Origin: Eledone cirrhosa | Lineage: Eukaryota | Direction: 5' to 3' | Assembly: GCA_964016885.1 (NCBI GenBank) | Contig: OZ024740.1 | Location: 44,206,001-44,270,000, forward strand | DNA: 64,000 bases | Shown here: positions 1 to 12,960 of the stretch, one piece after another | Numbering within the stretch: the stretch's first letter is position 1 | Layout of the letters: each line of letters starts with the position of its first letter | Notes under the pieces: generated by a model | What the model was told of the DNA's origin: nothing | The model's input: only the letters and a program-made list of their open reading frames with translations | Databases searched by the model: none | Program-made: the position numbers and the translations under genes

Positions 1-227
1 AAAATCGATGATTGTCATCGATCGATCAATATCAATATCGTAATCGTAATATTTGTTTTGAACTTTATTTGTCATATATATATATGTCCAAAGTTTGATA
101 AAATCTCAGTTTCCTAAAATCCCTTTTAAAGAAAAAGAAATTGTTTACTTAAACTTTTAATATGATCAAATAATAAATATTTGTCCTATGGGCATATAAA
201 TTGTTGCACTATATATATATATAAATA

Positions 228-267
<40 letters not shown>

Positions 268-297
268 CCCGAGTGAAATCGGGAGTAACCACAGTAA
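1..297 (+). mobile_element. Possible non-autonomous Helitron-like 3' end
   Basis: GC hairpin CCCGA-gtgaaa-TCGGG (268-283) about 10 nt before CAGT, with an internal microsatellite. Confidence 0.3.
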
Positions 298-302
298 ATA
301 AT

Positions 303-487
303 TGTTTCTACTTTAGGCACAAGGCCAGCAATTACCCAGTACATTACTGGTACTTTATTTTATCGACCCCGTAAGGATGAAAGGCAAAGTCAACCTCGGC
401 GGGATTTGAACTCAGATCGTAAAGGGACGTAACTATGCTGGAAAGCATGGCGTCCGACCCTCTACCGATACTGCCAATCCACCGCCT
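303..487 (-). mobile_element. tRNA-derived SINE (major family)
   Basis: A-box TGGCAGTATCGG, B-box GAGTTCAAATCC, central CCTTTCATCCTTACGGGGTCGATAAAAT block. 18-bp TSD GTAACCACAGTAAATAAT (285-302/488-505). Confidence 0.9.
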
Positions 488-695
488 GTAACCACAGTAA
501 ATAATGTACCCAATAAACCAATACTGAATACTCAATGCCCAATACTCAATACTCTCAAAAGAGAGAACAATAACATTGAATATATAAACATGCAGGAGTA
601 GAACGGTTTTATAGTATGAAACCATCAGGAATGCGCATACCAATGAAACTTTTTTAGTTCTTTAGAAGCAATTTCTATATCAAATTTCATTTAAC

Positions 696-728
<33 letters not shown>

Positions 729-732
<4 letters not shown>

Positions 733-1370
733 GATTGGTGCTCTGAAATAGCGATGTATACATGAATGTATGTATAGTATATTTGGCAATATACCGTATG
801 TTTAATGAAAAACATTTAGAAGACCATACGCTATCAGTTTTAAAGTAGTGACTATGTCACTTAGTTCTTTTCGGCGAAAGAAGGGAGAGCAGCTGGCAGT
901 CTGTTTCACGCTGGTTGGCGTTCATCAAAGCCACGTAATCCCCTGCCTTCGCCGAAAATTATGCAAGCTGGAATCTTATAGAATTCCAGTAATAATCAGG
1001 AGCTTTTAATTAAACATACGCTATATTGCCAAATATACTATACATACATTCATGTATACATCGCTATTTCAGAGCACCAATCCTAATACCTAATTTTTGC
1101 TGGACCGGCAATCGCTCTGTATAATCAGCTCCTGATTATTACTGGAATTCTATAAGAATCCAGCTTCTATAATTTCCGTCGAAGGCAGTGGAGTACGTGA
1201 CTCTGATGAACGCCAAACAACGTGAAACAGGCTGTCAGCTTCTCTCCCTTCTTTCGGCGAAAAGAAGTAAGTGACATAGTCACTACTTTTAAACCGATAG
1301 CGTATGGTATTCTAAATGTGTTTAATTAAACATACGGTATATTGCCAAATATACTATACATATATTCATA
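729..1370 (+). mobile_element. HHR-bearing PLE-type non-autonomous unit (~316-nt period) with an inverted 5' arm
   Basis: tttaattaaacatacg recurs at ~1005 and 1321. 729-1003 is an inverted copy. HHR CTGATGA (1203), GAAAC (1224), GTC (1234). Between (TA)n tracts. Confidence 0.75.
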
Positions 1371-1385
1371 TATATATATATATAT

Positions 1386-1615
1386 ACGTAGGTCCCGGGT
1401 TGAGTCGGGGATAACCACAGTAAGTAAGGTACTCAATACATGGCAGAGTAAAATATATTTATTGTATAGAAGGAGCTTCTACAGGAAGCTGGGTGTCATA
1501 TTAAGTTCTGGTATTTATACATTGTATAAATACCAGAACTTAATATGACACCCAGCTTCCTGAAGATTTCATCTGAAAGAAACAGTACTAGTCCTGTAGA
1601 AGCTCCTTCTATACA

Positions 1616-1620
<5 letters not shown>
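1386..1620. mobile_element. PLE terminus fold-back with HHR (family also at 38968-39156)
   Basis: Inverted arms ~1458-1533/1520-1620. CTGAAGA (1560)-tttc..gaaa-GAAACagtactaGTC (1591). A 70-nt extension at 1386-1455 is shared with the 39-kb copy. Confidence 0.75.
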
Positions 1621-1664
<44 letters not shown>

Positions 1665-1709
1665 TGTATGTATATATATATATATATATTTATTTATTTA
1701 TTTATATAT

Positions 1710-1740
<31 letters not shown>

Positions 1741-1745
<5 letters not shown>

Positions 1746-2741
1746 ACGTAAAATAATTAATGATTCTTTAGAATCGGCCATATGATCAGTGGCAGTGAGA
1801 ATTTTCAGTGGCTGGAATCCAGTCCTCGATAGCTGTTCCAGTTGCCGAATTATTATTATTTTTATATGAGTCCCCAGTGTCCACGCATCGCCTGGAGACT
1901 CGGCTGAGAATGACCTCCCTGATGACGCAATGAAATTCTCAGCAGTTCATTACGTAACTGTCTTTATCCCATTGCAGAAACTAATTAGTTGGAGTGAAAA
2001 TTTAAGTAAGTAAGTTAATTTTTTTTTTTTTTTTTTTTAAAGAAATTTTCTTATTTTACGTCTTATATATTATTGTTCTGCATTCTCCTGCATTGAACCA
2101 CCTAGGTACTATGACATAACCTGTGTATTTGCTGGCATTGGCGTACATCTGTGCGCTTATGTTAGTAGATATATTAAATTATCTATATTTATCTCCAAAT
2201 CACTGATTTGTCGAGCAAACCTGCCAAAACCACTTCTAAAAAATTTTTTTGGGGGGTGTTAGTAGGCGTCTGTCATCTTACCATCCCATTCCTACTGACT
2301 AGCCTCTGTGTCACGTGATTGATTCTTTAGAATCGGCCATATGATCAGTGGCAGTGAGAATTTTCAGTGGCTGGAATCCAGTCCTCGATAGCTGTTCCAG
2401 TTGCCGAATTATTATTATTTTTATATGAGTCCCCAGTGTCCGCGCATCGCCTGGAGACTCGGCTGAGAATGACCTCCCTGATGACGCAATGAAATTCTCA
2501 ACAGTTCATTACGTAACTGTCTTTATCCCATTGCAGAAACTAATTAGTTGGAGTGAAAATTTAAGTAAGTAAATTAATTTTTATTTTTTTATTTTTTTAA
2601 AGAAATTTTCTTATTTTACGTCTTATATATTATTGTTCTGCATTCTCCTGCATTGAACCACCTAGGTACTATGACATAACCTGTGTATTTGCTGGCATTG
2701 GCGTACATCTGTGCGCTTATGTTAGTAGATATATTAAATTA

Positions 2742-2745
<4 letters not shown>
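1741..2745 (+). mobile_element. Tandem 559-nt HHR-containing unit in (TA)n
   Basis: Direct repeat 1762-2187/2321-2746, with HHR cores at 1919 and 2478 (ctcc-CTGATGA-gcaatg..cattgc-GAAACtaattaGTT-ggag). A short inverted arm lies at 1741-1756. Confidence 0.8.
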
Positions 2746-2774
<29 letters not shown>

Positions 2775-2779
<5 letters not shown>

Positions 2780-3112
2780 TAAAAGGAAAAGAAAATGCTG
2801 ACAAATTGTTCCCAGTGAAAAATAGTTTAATTAGAAATAAGTAAAAATTAGTAATAGTATTGGTTAGTATTCAGTTTTGGTTTTAAATTTTACCGGTTGC
2901 GCATTTCTAATGCTTTTCAAAAATAATTTTGAGATAGAGCGCCCGTGATGTTTGCTCTAATCTTAAAACCAAAATTGAATACTAACCAATACTATTACTA
3001 ATTTTTGCTTATTCCTAATTAAACTATTTTTCACTGGGAACAATTTGTCAGCATTTTCTTTTCCTTTTACCAATATATCATAACTCGTGTGTTACACCTC
3101 TATTCTTTTAAA
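2775..3112. mobile_element. PLE terminus fold-back with variant HHR
   Basis: Inverted repeat ~2775-2885/2963-3075 plus a ~35-nt extension. Minus-strand attt-TTGAAAA-gcatt..aatgc-GCAACcgGTA-aaat at 2886-2925. Confidence 0.7.
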
Positions 3113-3152
3113 TATATATATATATATATATATTTATTTATTTATATATACA

Positions 3153-3188
<36 letters not shown>

Positions 3189-3191
<3 letters not shown>

Positions 3192-4020
3192 CATCATCAT
3201 CATAGTCCCTTAATCCTCTTCGGATTCGTTGAGATACTCAAGTTTTGAAAGTTACACCAACTGTCTCCATCTCTGGGGGTCATGGGTGAGTGCTTGGGTT
3301 GTGGCAAAGTTCTTTCCCGTCCACTCAGCTATGTTGTCTGTCTACCGCTTCCTCTGTCTACCTCGCTTTCTCTTTTCCACCACTTTTACTTGGAGTCCGT
3401 CCGATCTTGTTACATGCCCATCCCTCCTCAGCGTCCTTCTCTTCGCCGTGGTCAGCAGATCTGCAGAGTGACTTACGTGCTGAGTGATACTTTCCCGGAC
3501 TTCCTCGTTAGCGATAAATTCTGTATAGGATATTCCCAGGATTCTTCTATATCATCTCATCTCCACTGTTTGGATTTTTTTTTTTTTGTAGTTCAGTGGT
3601 CAGGGTCCATGATTCGCGTACATATAGAAAGATGGATATGACCAACACATGCAGGAGTTTTATTTTGCATCTAAGAGTGTTTGTTTTGTTTTGTTTGTTT
3701 TTTGTTGTTTTTTTGTTTCTCGAGATAGGTTTCAGCTTAGCAAGTGCTGTGGCTGTTAGGGCACCCCTTGCAAGGACTTCTGGTCTTGATCTCTCTTGAC
3801 TGAGGATGATACCAAGGTACTTGAACTGCGTCACCGTCTCCAGCTCTTGACCGCTGACTGTGATTCTCCTCTCTATTGACTTTGTGGTATTTGTCATCTG
3901 CTCAGTTTTCTCAGCGCTGATCTTCTAGCTGTATCTAACAAGTTACGTCCAAACGTTTCACTAGCTCGGCAACTTCTTCGTCAGTTCCAGCTAGCCCGTG
4001 ATGTTATCAGTGAACCCGCG
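3189..4020 (-). mobile_element. RTE-clade LINE 3' fragment
   Basis: ITVSGQELETVTQFKYLG, KIKLL..LVISIFLY..ESWTLT motifs. (GAT)n tail at ~3189-3203. Confidence 0.8.
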
Positions 4021-5437
4021 ATTTATAGATATATATTATTACCTCAATATATATATTCAACTCTTATCAAGTCCTCTGTGGATTTTGGTGATAAAATAAA
4101 GATAAAGCATCGGTCCCTGACATGAGTCGATTTAATCGACTTTCCACTTCCCTTCAGATTGCTGGTCTTGTGCCAAATGTAAGAACAATTACCACTACTA
4201 TGTATATATATCTTTTGTGAATCAAGCTTTCGAATAACTAATCCACGCGCCTTCACACACACAAATACGTACGTATATATATATATATCAATGTATATTT
4301 GTGAGTATTTGTGTATGTATGTCTAGCGCAGTGTCATGGAAATAATTGGTTTGGAACCCGCACGCGGTCATCATTCTAGAAGAAAGGAAACTGGTATAAA
4401 GCCTGCGTCTCGTAGACAGCCAATAATGTTGACCTTTTTTATGGGTGGTGGGATACCTTTCACCGTTATTCAGTGAGTGGGATTGGTCCTGTGCAAGACA
4501 TTTCTTCATTTAAAAAAGCTTCACGCAGTCATCACTTGATCTAATCATATTTTTCATGTGTTGCATGAGCGTAACTGGCCGTTGCCGAAAATACTTTTTT
4601 TTTAAATTTTTATTTTTCGCTGCAGCATACGCAGAAAGAAATGTAAATTCTTGGCAGAGCTAAAATGTCATGTTCTTGTGACCCATGTGTGAGAAAAGGG
4701 TCAGGTGTTGGTAATTCTCGAAATCGAGATACAACGCTCCTATATGTACGTACATATGTATGTATGTATGGATGTATGGATGGATGTGTGGGTGTGTTAA
4801 CATCATTTTATAATATTATGTTATATAAATATACAGCTCAGCAAGTTCTATTGTCATCTCTGCCACTTTTATTAGCTTGTTAAATTTTTAGAAGTTAGTC
4901 TAATGGGAAAGATAATGTAATTTAGTTATGAAAGAATTAGCTGATATGAGTTTCAATGTAGAATGTTTTTAGACAAATTGAGACACAAAAGCACAGCATG
5001 GAATCTGATGCGACTTAAATTATGTTTCTATCTCCGGCCTAGCAACCGCATTTAACATTCATTACACTACAGAATGCTTGTCACTATATCTCTTTAAAAT
5101 TAGCTACTTAAATCTATTAGGAGTTTAAAACTGTTCAATTTCTTTTTATCTTCACATGATAATAGGTCAAATAATTAAGTTATAATTTGATTAATGTAGT
5201 TATTTCTCGTTGCAACCCTAGAATCCTAGTGGCACACGTTGTTATATTAGAGAAAGGAAGGAAAGGGGAAGAAGGAAGACGATAGTCAGATCGAACCATT
5301 GCTGATATTATCTGCCGGTCGAAACTCCTGGTGGAAAAAAACGTGATTTGAACTGAGTTACTACAAAATATAACATCCGTTTTGTCCGCCGGGGTCGCAA
5401 GGTGGCTAGCGCGTGGGCCCCCATTTGCTTATAATAA

Positions 5438-5620
5438 TTGTTTCTACTTTTGGCACAAGGCCAGCAATTACCCAGTACATTACTGGTACTTTATTTTATC
5501 GACCCTGTAAGGATGAAAGGCAGAGTTAACCTCGGCCGGATTTGAACTCAGATCGTAAAGGGACGTAACTATGCTGGAAAGCATGTCCGACCCTCTACCG
5601 ATACTGCCAATCCCCCGCCC
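5438..5620 (-). mobile_element. tRNA-derived SINE (major family)
   Basis: Same consensus, TSD TTTGCTTATAATAAT. Confidence 0.9.
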
Positions 5621-5704
5621 TTTGCTTATAATAATGAGTGATGGGGAGAGTGAGAGACACGGAGGCACTAACAATGGGAATTTGATTCCATTATGTTGGC
5701 ACAA

Positions 5705-6031
5705 GTGGTTTGGCAGTATCGGTAGAGTGTCAGACGCCATGCTTTGAAGCATAGAGTTACGTCCCTTTATGATCGGCGGTGGTTTGGTAGTATCGGTAGA
5801 GTGTCAGACGCCATGCTTTGAAGCATAGAGTTACGTCCCTTTATGATCGGCGGTGGTTTGGCAGTATCGGTAGAGGGTCAGACGCCATGCTTTGAAGCAT
5901 ACGTCCCTTTATGATATGAGTTCAAATCCTGCCGAGGTTAACTTTTCCTTTCATCCTTACGGGGTCGATAAAATAAAGTACCAGTAATGTACTGGGTAAT
6001 TACTGACCTTGTGCCAAATGTAGAAACAATT
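5705..6031 (+). mobile_element. tRNA-derived SINE with triplicated 74-nt head
   Basis: Head repeats at 5705, 5779 and 5853, followed by a single B-box, body and tail. Confidence 0.88.
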
Positions 6032-6172
6032 ATGTTAAGACCTAACATCCATGTATATATTTATTTACCAAACCACATATATTTCCTTGAAAATATTTCG
6101 ATTTGTTTCAGAATCTAAGTCATGTGCTTATTTGTAAGTCTTGGAGTTCGGATGATTCTCTAAATGTCTTAA

Positions 6173-6270
6173 AATCATCACCATGTTAAATCATCACCAT
6201 GTTAAATCATCACCATGTTAAATCATCACCATGTTAAATCATCACCATGTTAAAATGTTAAAATCATCAC
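6173..6270. repeat. 16-bp minisatellite (AATCATCACCATGTTA) x5 plus partial
   Basis: Direct inspection. Confidence 0.9.
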
Positions 6271-7447
6271 ATTATTATAACAATTGTTTCTGATTTCACA
6301 TCTGAATGACACAAAGAGTGTCGTGAATCCATAACTCACTTGAACCCCCCAGTGAAGGTACGTGGTTTAGCAGATATGGTGCAAGGCGCACAATCGTAAT
6401 GCCGTGATTTCGATTCATGGACCTGACAGTGAATTGAGTACTTCATCAAACCACTTTATTTATCGTTGCCCCAGTGAACTCAACTGGTGAAATTGAGTTT
6501 TGAAGGCACTACTGCCAAGCTGCATTGGTCTTTGTCTTTCTCTTCGACAACATCGGGTCCGAAGACAGAAAAGATTAGCATGCATGGGCAACTGCTAGAT
6601 TTCCTCAAAACACTTTATATTGGCTTTATATCTAAATAAGAAATTATTATTAATCTGGTGTTTGGATCATAATTGAAGGTTACTTATTTGAAATTGTGAT
6701 GAAATGTTTTATAGATATATATAGATATTTAAAAGCAAAGTTTAATATCGTATAATCAGGAGTGGCTTCAGGTGGTATAATATAAAAGCGGTTACGTGGG
6801 TAGTGTGAAATTTGAAAGAGATTTGTTAGTTATTTCTAGCAAGTAGAATAACCACATAATTCATCTCTGGTTTGCTTATCTATTCTTGCTCTTGTTACTG
6901 TTGTTACTCTTGTTATTGTTGTTCTACATTTTAGCCTGTTGTCAGCGTTCCTGTTACTCCTCACTTTAATCTCTTTTTCTCCATGCTCGAGATTGTTTTC
7001 TTCCTGATAAGGATTCTGTTGTTTTCCGTTGTTGTGTAACCCCATATCAATCCTAATCTAACGGGCTGTTCTCTTTCCAGTGACAGACTATAGAAATGGG
7101 TAATTTATAATACAATAAGTGATTTGAGGGATATTTGACTGCTCTTTCTAGCAAACCTAGTAAGCGCATCGAGGCTCCCTTATCGGTTAGTGTCATGTCA
7201 TACATGTATCCACCAATTAATCTCTAATTTATTGTCTTTTCTTTTATCTGTCACTACATTAGACCCTCTACACGTATCTATGTACATCTCGAATCTGGTT
7301 TCCCATGTTAACACTAAACCCACCAACGAATCCTTATAAGAACACTTACTCAAAAACTACTACTAACATACTATGTACTTACACGCTCTCACTTATTTAT
7401 TTATTTATATTTTCTATTTTCTCATTTTCTTATGTACCTATCTTATA

Positions 7448-7502
7448 TTTTACTTTTTACTTTTTACTTTTTACTTTTTACTTTTTACTTTTTACTTTTT
7501 AC
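7448..7502. repeat. (TTTTTAC)n heptamer repeat
   Basis: About 8 units seen directly. Confidence 0.9.
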
Positions 7503-7845
7503 ATCTGTAACTTCTCTACCTATTTACCATATATGTTTCCTTATTGATGTTATTGTTTTTATTATACGTTATTTTATTATTGATGTTATTGTTTTGAGTG
7601 AATTACTTTCATATCTACGTACTCTGTGATGTTTACCAGAGGTAAATAATGTATTGGAGATCGAATGACGCAACCTCAAGCGATTAGCGAACTCTAGACT
7701 CATGTGATCAACGAAACACTTGCCAGTACTTTAAATAAAGCCCTTATTGTACAGCCAACCATGTTACTCTTCATTCTTTAACTATATATATATATATAAG
7801 TATGTATCAGCCGTACTAAGAGTGAGAAATGAAATTTCATTTTTT

Positions 7846-7879
<34 letters not shown>

Positions 7880-7882
<3 letters not shown>

Positions 7883-8033
7883 AAAAGGTTCAGGGCCCCG
7901 ACGGCAGAGCTCAAACCGTTTCGACGGCTATTTCTGGACTCCTGAACCTTTTCCTATTACCCACTCTACTACCCAAAGTTTCGAGTACTCTGGTGCGTTC
8001 TGGTCCACCTGGTTCTTTACCTCAATTCCTTCG

Positions 8034-8035
<2 letters not shown>
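7880..8035. mobile_element. PLE terminus family with partial HHR (also 28598-28805, 29030-29090, 52866-53012)
   Basis: Four related inserts between (TA)n tracts, with short inverted arms. They carry the GAAACggct..agccGTC half of an HHR and an ~80-nt extension. Confidence 0.7.
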
Positions 8036-8076
<41 letters not shown>

Positions 8077-8096
8077 ATATATATATATATATAAAC

Positions 8097-8890
8097 CACC
8101 AAACTTTGGGAGTGCTCTGTAGAAACAGTAGACAGCTTCTGCTACCTAGGTGATCGAATTAGCTGCGGAGCTGGGTGTTCGGAAAGTGTAATAACTAGGG
8201 TAAGAACGGGATGGAAGAAGTTCAGGGAGCTACTGCCACTGTCAGCTGCAAAAGGCTTTTCCCTCAAAATGAAAGGCAGACTGTATGATGCGTGTATACA
8301 AACAGCAATGTTACATGGTAGTGAGACCTGGGCGCTGTCTGTGGAAGACTTGCGTAGATTAGAAAGAAACGAAGCCTGCATGCTCCGATGGATGTGTAAT
8401 AGTAATATACGCGAACGGCAAAGCATAAATGAATTGAGAGAGAGACTGGCATAAGAGGAATCAAATGCTGTGTGCAGGAGAGGCGGTTGCGTTGGTATGG
8501 AAAAGTGATGCGTATGAAGGATGACAGTTGCATAAAAAGGTGCAGAGCACTAGAAGTCGATGGAAACCGCGGAGTGAGGAGACCCAAGAAGACCTGGGAT
8601 GAGGTGATAAAAGCCGACCTTACCCAGTTACACATCTCAAAGGCGATGACACACGACTGTGACCTCTGGCGTGACGCAGTAATACAGAAACTTGACCCTC
8701 CACGGGTACAAGCCGAAGTTGAAGCATATCGACAATATGCCCCCACTCCCTCCCACTGCAATGTAGTCGTGGAGGTGCCACGGCAAAAAAGCACCCAGCA
8801 CTCACTGTAAATGAGGTTGGCGTTAGGGAGGACATCCAGCTGTAGAAATCAAGTCAGAATCAGTTCCCATATGAGCAAGACATTAGCCTA
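8097..8890 (+). mobile_element. RTE-clade LINE 3' fragment
   Basis: VETVDSFCYLGD, GWKKFRELLP, KGRLYDAC...AMLHGSETW, RRLRWYG.VMR and RPKKTW motifs, with a frameshift. Confidence 0.85.
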
Positions 8891-8891
8891 A

Positions 8892-9969
8892 AAAGAATAG
8901 AGAATTTTCTTCTGAGCTCAAATACAGATATATTGCACAAAGAGAAGTGTGTTACACAGTGAGATGTGTGTAAAGAATTATTACAAGTGAGTTTTACCGT
9001 TACTGTATAGAGAACAATATCTACAGGTTTAGCAATTATATAGAAAAAAACTAAGTCAGAATCAAATCTCTGAAGTAGAGTTTTAAATTACCAACCTTAT
9101 AACTATAAGTTTGCTGATACGAATCTAGTTCGTTTCCCCACAGAAATGTGCAGTTTAACAGCCCACAGGTTCATCAGTCAGCAAATGTGGATTCTGTTCA
9201 CGACACATCTAACCTCATGGATAGAGAGAAAGCTAATATACACGCTGCCCAGAGTAGGGCGAAATCACGTGTTATTTGCATCAAATAACGGCTCTCATGG
9301 ATTGGGGGAAAATGCTAGAGAGAGCAGCCCAACCATTCGAATTTATTAACTCAACAATTTGGAGCTCGTTAAGTATACGAGGATCGGAATTAAGAGTATT
9401 CCGCAGTTCACAGTAATAATAATAATATTAGCTCAAAGAAGAATAGAGAATTTTCTTCTGAGCTCAATTACAGATATATTGCACAAGGAGAAGTGTGTTA
9501 CACAGTGAGATGTGTGTAAAGAATTATTACAAGTGAGTTTTACCGTTACTGTAAAGAGAACAATATCTACAGGTTTAGCAATTAAATAGATGTCGTGAAT
9601 AGAATCCACATTTGCTGACTGATGAACCTGTGGGCTGTTAAACTGCACATTTCTGTGGGGAAACGAACTAGATTCGTATCAGTAAACTTATAGTTATAAG
9701 GTTGGTAATTTAAAACTCTACTTCAGAGATTTGATTCTGACTTAGTTTTTTTCTATATAATTGCTAAACCTGTAGATATTGTTCTCTATACAGTAACGGT
9801 AAAACTCACTTGTAATAATTCTTTACACACATTTCACTGTGTAACACACTTCTCTTTGTGCAATATATCTGTATTTGAGCTCAAAAGAAAATTCTCTATT
9901 CTTCTTGGAGCTAATATTATTATTATTACTGTGAACTGCGGAATACTCATAATTCCGATCCTCGTATAC
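8892..9969. mobile_element. Tandem (~546-nt period) plus inverted HHR-containing unit
   Basis: aagaatagagaatttt at 8893 and 9439. 9590-9969 is an inverted copy. HHR tgctga-CTGATGA (9619)..GAAAC (9660) gaactagattcGTA (9676)-tcagta, mirrored on the minus strand at ~9110-9185. Confidence 0.8.
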
Positions 9970-9988
9970 TATATATATATATATATAT

Positions 9989-10470
9989 AAAATCGAGGTC
10001 TAGCAAATAGAGAAAAAGTTTTTAAATAAATTTAAAAGATTTCGCAGTACTTACTATATGTGCCTTTACCACGGTTTCATACTCCAGCATAAACGGAAAA
10101 TCCCAGCGGATTAGCATTGAGAAGGGACCAATCTTCAGAAGGCTCTACTCCCTCGGAGAATATAAAATTTCCGTGTTCAAATCACAAACTGACGCAATAC
10201 AAAACCATTCCCAAAATGAGAGCAAATGATGAATGAAAGAAATAATTCTGTCTGGTGCCGTGTGCAAAGACAGAAGGCAGGGTGGACAGGTCAATGTCCT
10301 GCCACTAGAAATAGCAGCAGTCCAAACGGCCAAAATTTTATCTCTACCTTAGGGGGAGATCAATAATAATAAAGTATGAATTCCTACGTGTAAAAATTAT
10401 CCAACCGTATGTCAATGTATTTTTTACACGTAGGAATTCATACTTTATTATTATTGATCTCCCCCACATT
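9989..10470 (-). mobile_element. PLE terminus with HHR
   Basis: Minus-strand gcctt-CTGAAGA..GAAACcgtgGTA-aaggc at 10062-10143. Inverted repeat 10352-10397/10420-10465. Confidence 0.65.
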
Positions 10471-11026
10471 ATATCCTTAATAACATTAATATTTTTATTT
10501 TAATAATACATATTAATAATTTCTTTTCCTCGCACATATTATTAAACCCTTCAATATACAAACCTTAATTTAATATTATTCTTAACCCCTTTTTCTCTTC
10601 ACCAACTTTTAATTTCAAATTCTTTTAAATTATCTATTATCTTCCAACGGCTTTTTAACTTCTCTCTGTGAGACAATATATATATTTTCTCAGTTGTAAA
10701 GGCTATCTCTCTCTCTCTATCACCCATCTCTCCTCCTCTCTCATCCTTCCTTCTTATACTCCTCCCCCACCATTCTTTATTCTCATCTCCTCCTCTTCCT
10801 TACCTTTTCCACCCCCCTCCACTCACTTTTTCCCAATCTCAAACATCAATCTTAAATTATTTTTCATATGTTGATTTAAAACTTCACTATTCACAAGTGC
10901 TTTTTAAGCTTCATATCATGTATCCCTATTTTATCTGATGAAAACGCAGATATCATCCCATGATGATATTTGTTTTTGAATCCGCATAATAAAATACTTG
11001 GAACTCTTTTAACCATCTTTTGATCT

Positions 11027-11090
<64 letters not shown>

Positions 11091-11162
11091 TTTCTGAATT
11101 TGTTTAACAAGATTCTTTGTCTGAAATCGTGTGTTGAAACCGATATTGTTATACTTTGGGAG

Positions 11163-11219
<57 letters not shown>

Positions 11220-11226
<7 letters not shown>

Positions 11227-11679
11227 ATTAAATAAATGGAAAACTATATTTATAAAACCATATTTATTTCATTATATATATTTCGGGGATATCATATTAA
11301 CAATATGCTATGCCTTCATCAGACAAAATACAATATAAACAGTTTTATAGATAAATATATTCGACATACCGTAATAAACATCGACTTCATTTGAAGAGGT
11401 TTACGCTAGCAGTAAACCTCTTCAAATGAAGTCGATGTTTATTACGGTATGTCGAATATATTTATCTATAAAACTGTTTATATTGTATTTTGTCTGATGA
11501 AGGCATAGCATATTGTTAATATGATATCCCCGAAATATATATAATGAAATAAATATGGTTTTATAAATATAGTTTTCCATTTATTTAATATTGTAAATAT
11601 ACTCCAAATATTTGTCGAGTGCTTTTATATCAGTTATAAATATTTACTAGTTGTAACCCAACAATTTTAAATATAACTT

Positions 11680-11685
<6 letters not shown>
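11220..11685 (+). mobile_element. PLE terminus, ~185-bp perfect fold-back with HHR
   Basis: 11220-11404 is the reverse complement of 11412-11596. CTGATGA at 11494, GAAAtatataTA at ~11532, then a ~90-nt extension. Confidence 0.8.
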
Positions 11686-11754
<69 letters not shown>

Positions 11755-11760
<6 letters not shown>

Positions 11761-12928
11761 CAGGAAAGAAGAGTGACACGGTTTGCTATACAAAAAAGGT
11801 TTTTAATCTCATTGCTGACAATTGTTTCTCTGAACTGGCAGGTCTAGAGATCGCTACCCGCTTAATTTCACGTTATTCGATCACCAATACAAAGTTATAA
11901 CCAGTCAATTCATCGGAGCTTGTGAGAATAAAAAGAATATACAGGCATGGCTACTATATATAGTAGTAATGGCATTCAATCAGAACAATAACAATACTAA
12001 CAATGCTAGCAATAAATTATTTGAAGTAATCACAACATCAATCTAGGTGGGAAGTATAGTATATCTACGATTTTAGCGTGTAAAACTAGCTGACATGAGG
12101 CAGATGTATAAAATTGACATGTAAAAGCTGTCATCGGGTGTATTATATCTAGTGTAAAAATAAGCCGGTGTCTTTAAACAATATAGGTCTGGTGGCTGTA
12201 AGAATCGTTTATTATCTGACAGATGAAGAATTTATCACTCTAGTGAGATTTGTGTGGTCTATATTAGATGAAAGGGTTGTCTAGCTTTCTCATCATCAAT
12301 AACATACATGTATAAGACAACATTAACAGAGTAGCAATATAATGGGGAAGTTAATACAGAGGTTAAGGAGGCAATATATATATATATACATGTACACAAA
12401 CATATATATATATATACATACACATATATACATACATATAAAGAGAAAACATGCTGACTATAATTATAACAGGAGGAAGGTTAAGTTCTGTTGTAGTAGT
12501 ATTTTGAAATTTTCTTGGATTTAGGTTCAAGTGCTGACAGCAGCTGAGAAGAGATATGCTAATGGGTTGATTAGGTACTTACAGACATTAGTGTGGTATA
12601 GAACTAAGAAGGCTAGAATGTACTTAATGATTATATTTCTGTGGTGGTTCGTGCAATGTAGTGGGTATCCTAAGTTGAAAGCTAGGTTACGTCGGTTCGA
12701 TTCACGGAGGTTTAAATCTTGTGAATTTAGTAGCGATCCTGTGTCTGCAGAAGATAGATCTTTCTAACTTGTTATTAAGTAGCCTTTTTACATTTCTAAG
12801 GATATACAGAAATTCTAGATCACATAGCCTACAGTGGGACATACCGGTACTGTAGGTGTTTGCGGCCGACGACCTCGACCAGTTGATACTGTAGTTGGTG
12901 ACTACCTATAACAATAATTTGTTATCCC

Positions 12929-12960
<32 letters not shown>

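Noticed and set aside
303-487. tRNA-like A/B boxes as tRNA genes
   Set aside because: No full cloverleaf is evident. They continue into a SINE body and have TSDs.
344-643. Recurring short ORFs ending ...YDLSSNPAEV.FAFHPY.VDKIKYQ (also 5480, 62489)
   Set aside because: Read-through of the same SINE, not a protein family.
729-3112. Alternating (TA)n tracts and unique inserts resembling a CRISPR array
   Set aside because: The repeats are variable-length microsatellites, the inserts are PLE termini, the context is eukaryotic and there are no cas genes.
5376-5424. Short GC-rich patch as a possible HDV-like ribozyme
   Set aside because: A nested double pseudoknot could not be built by eye.
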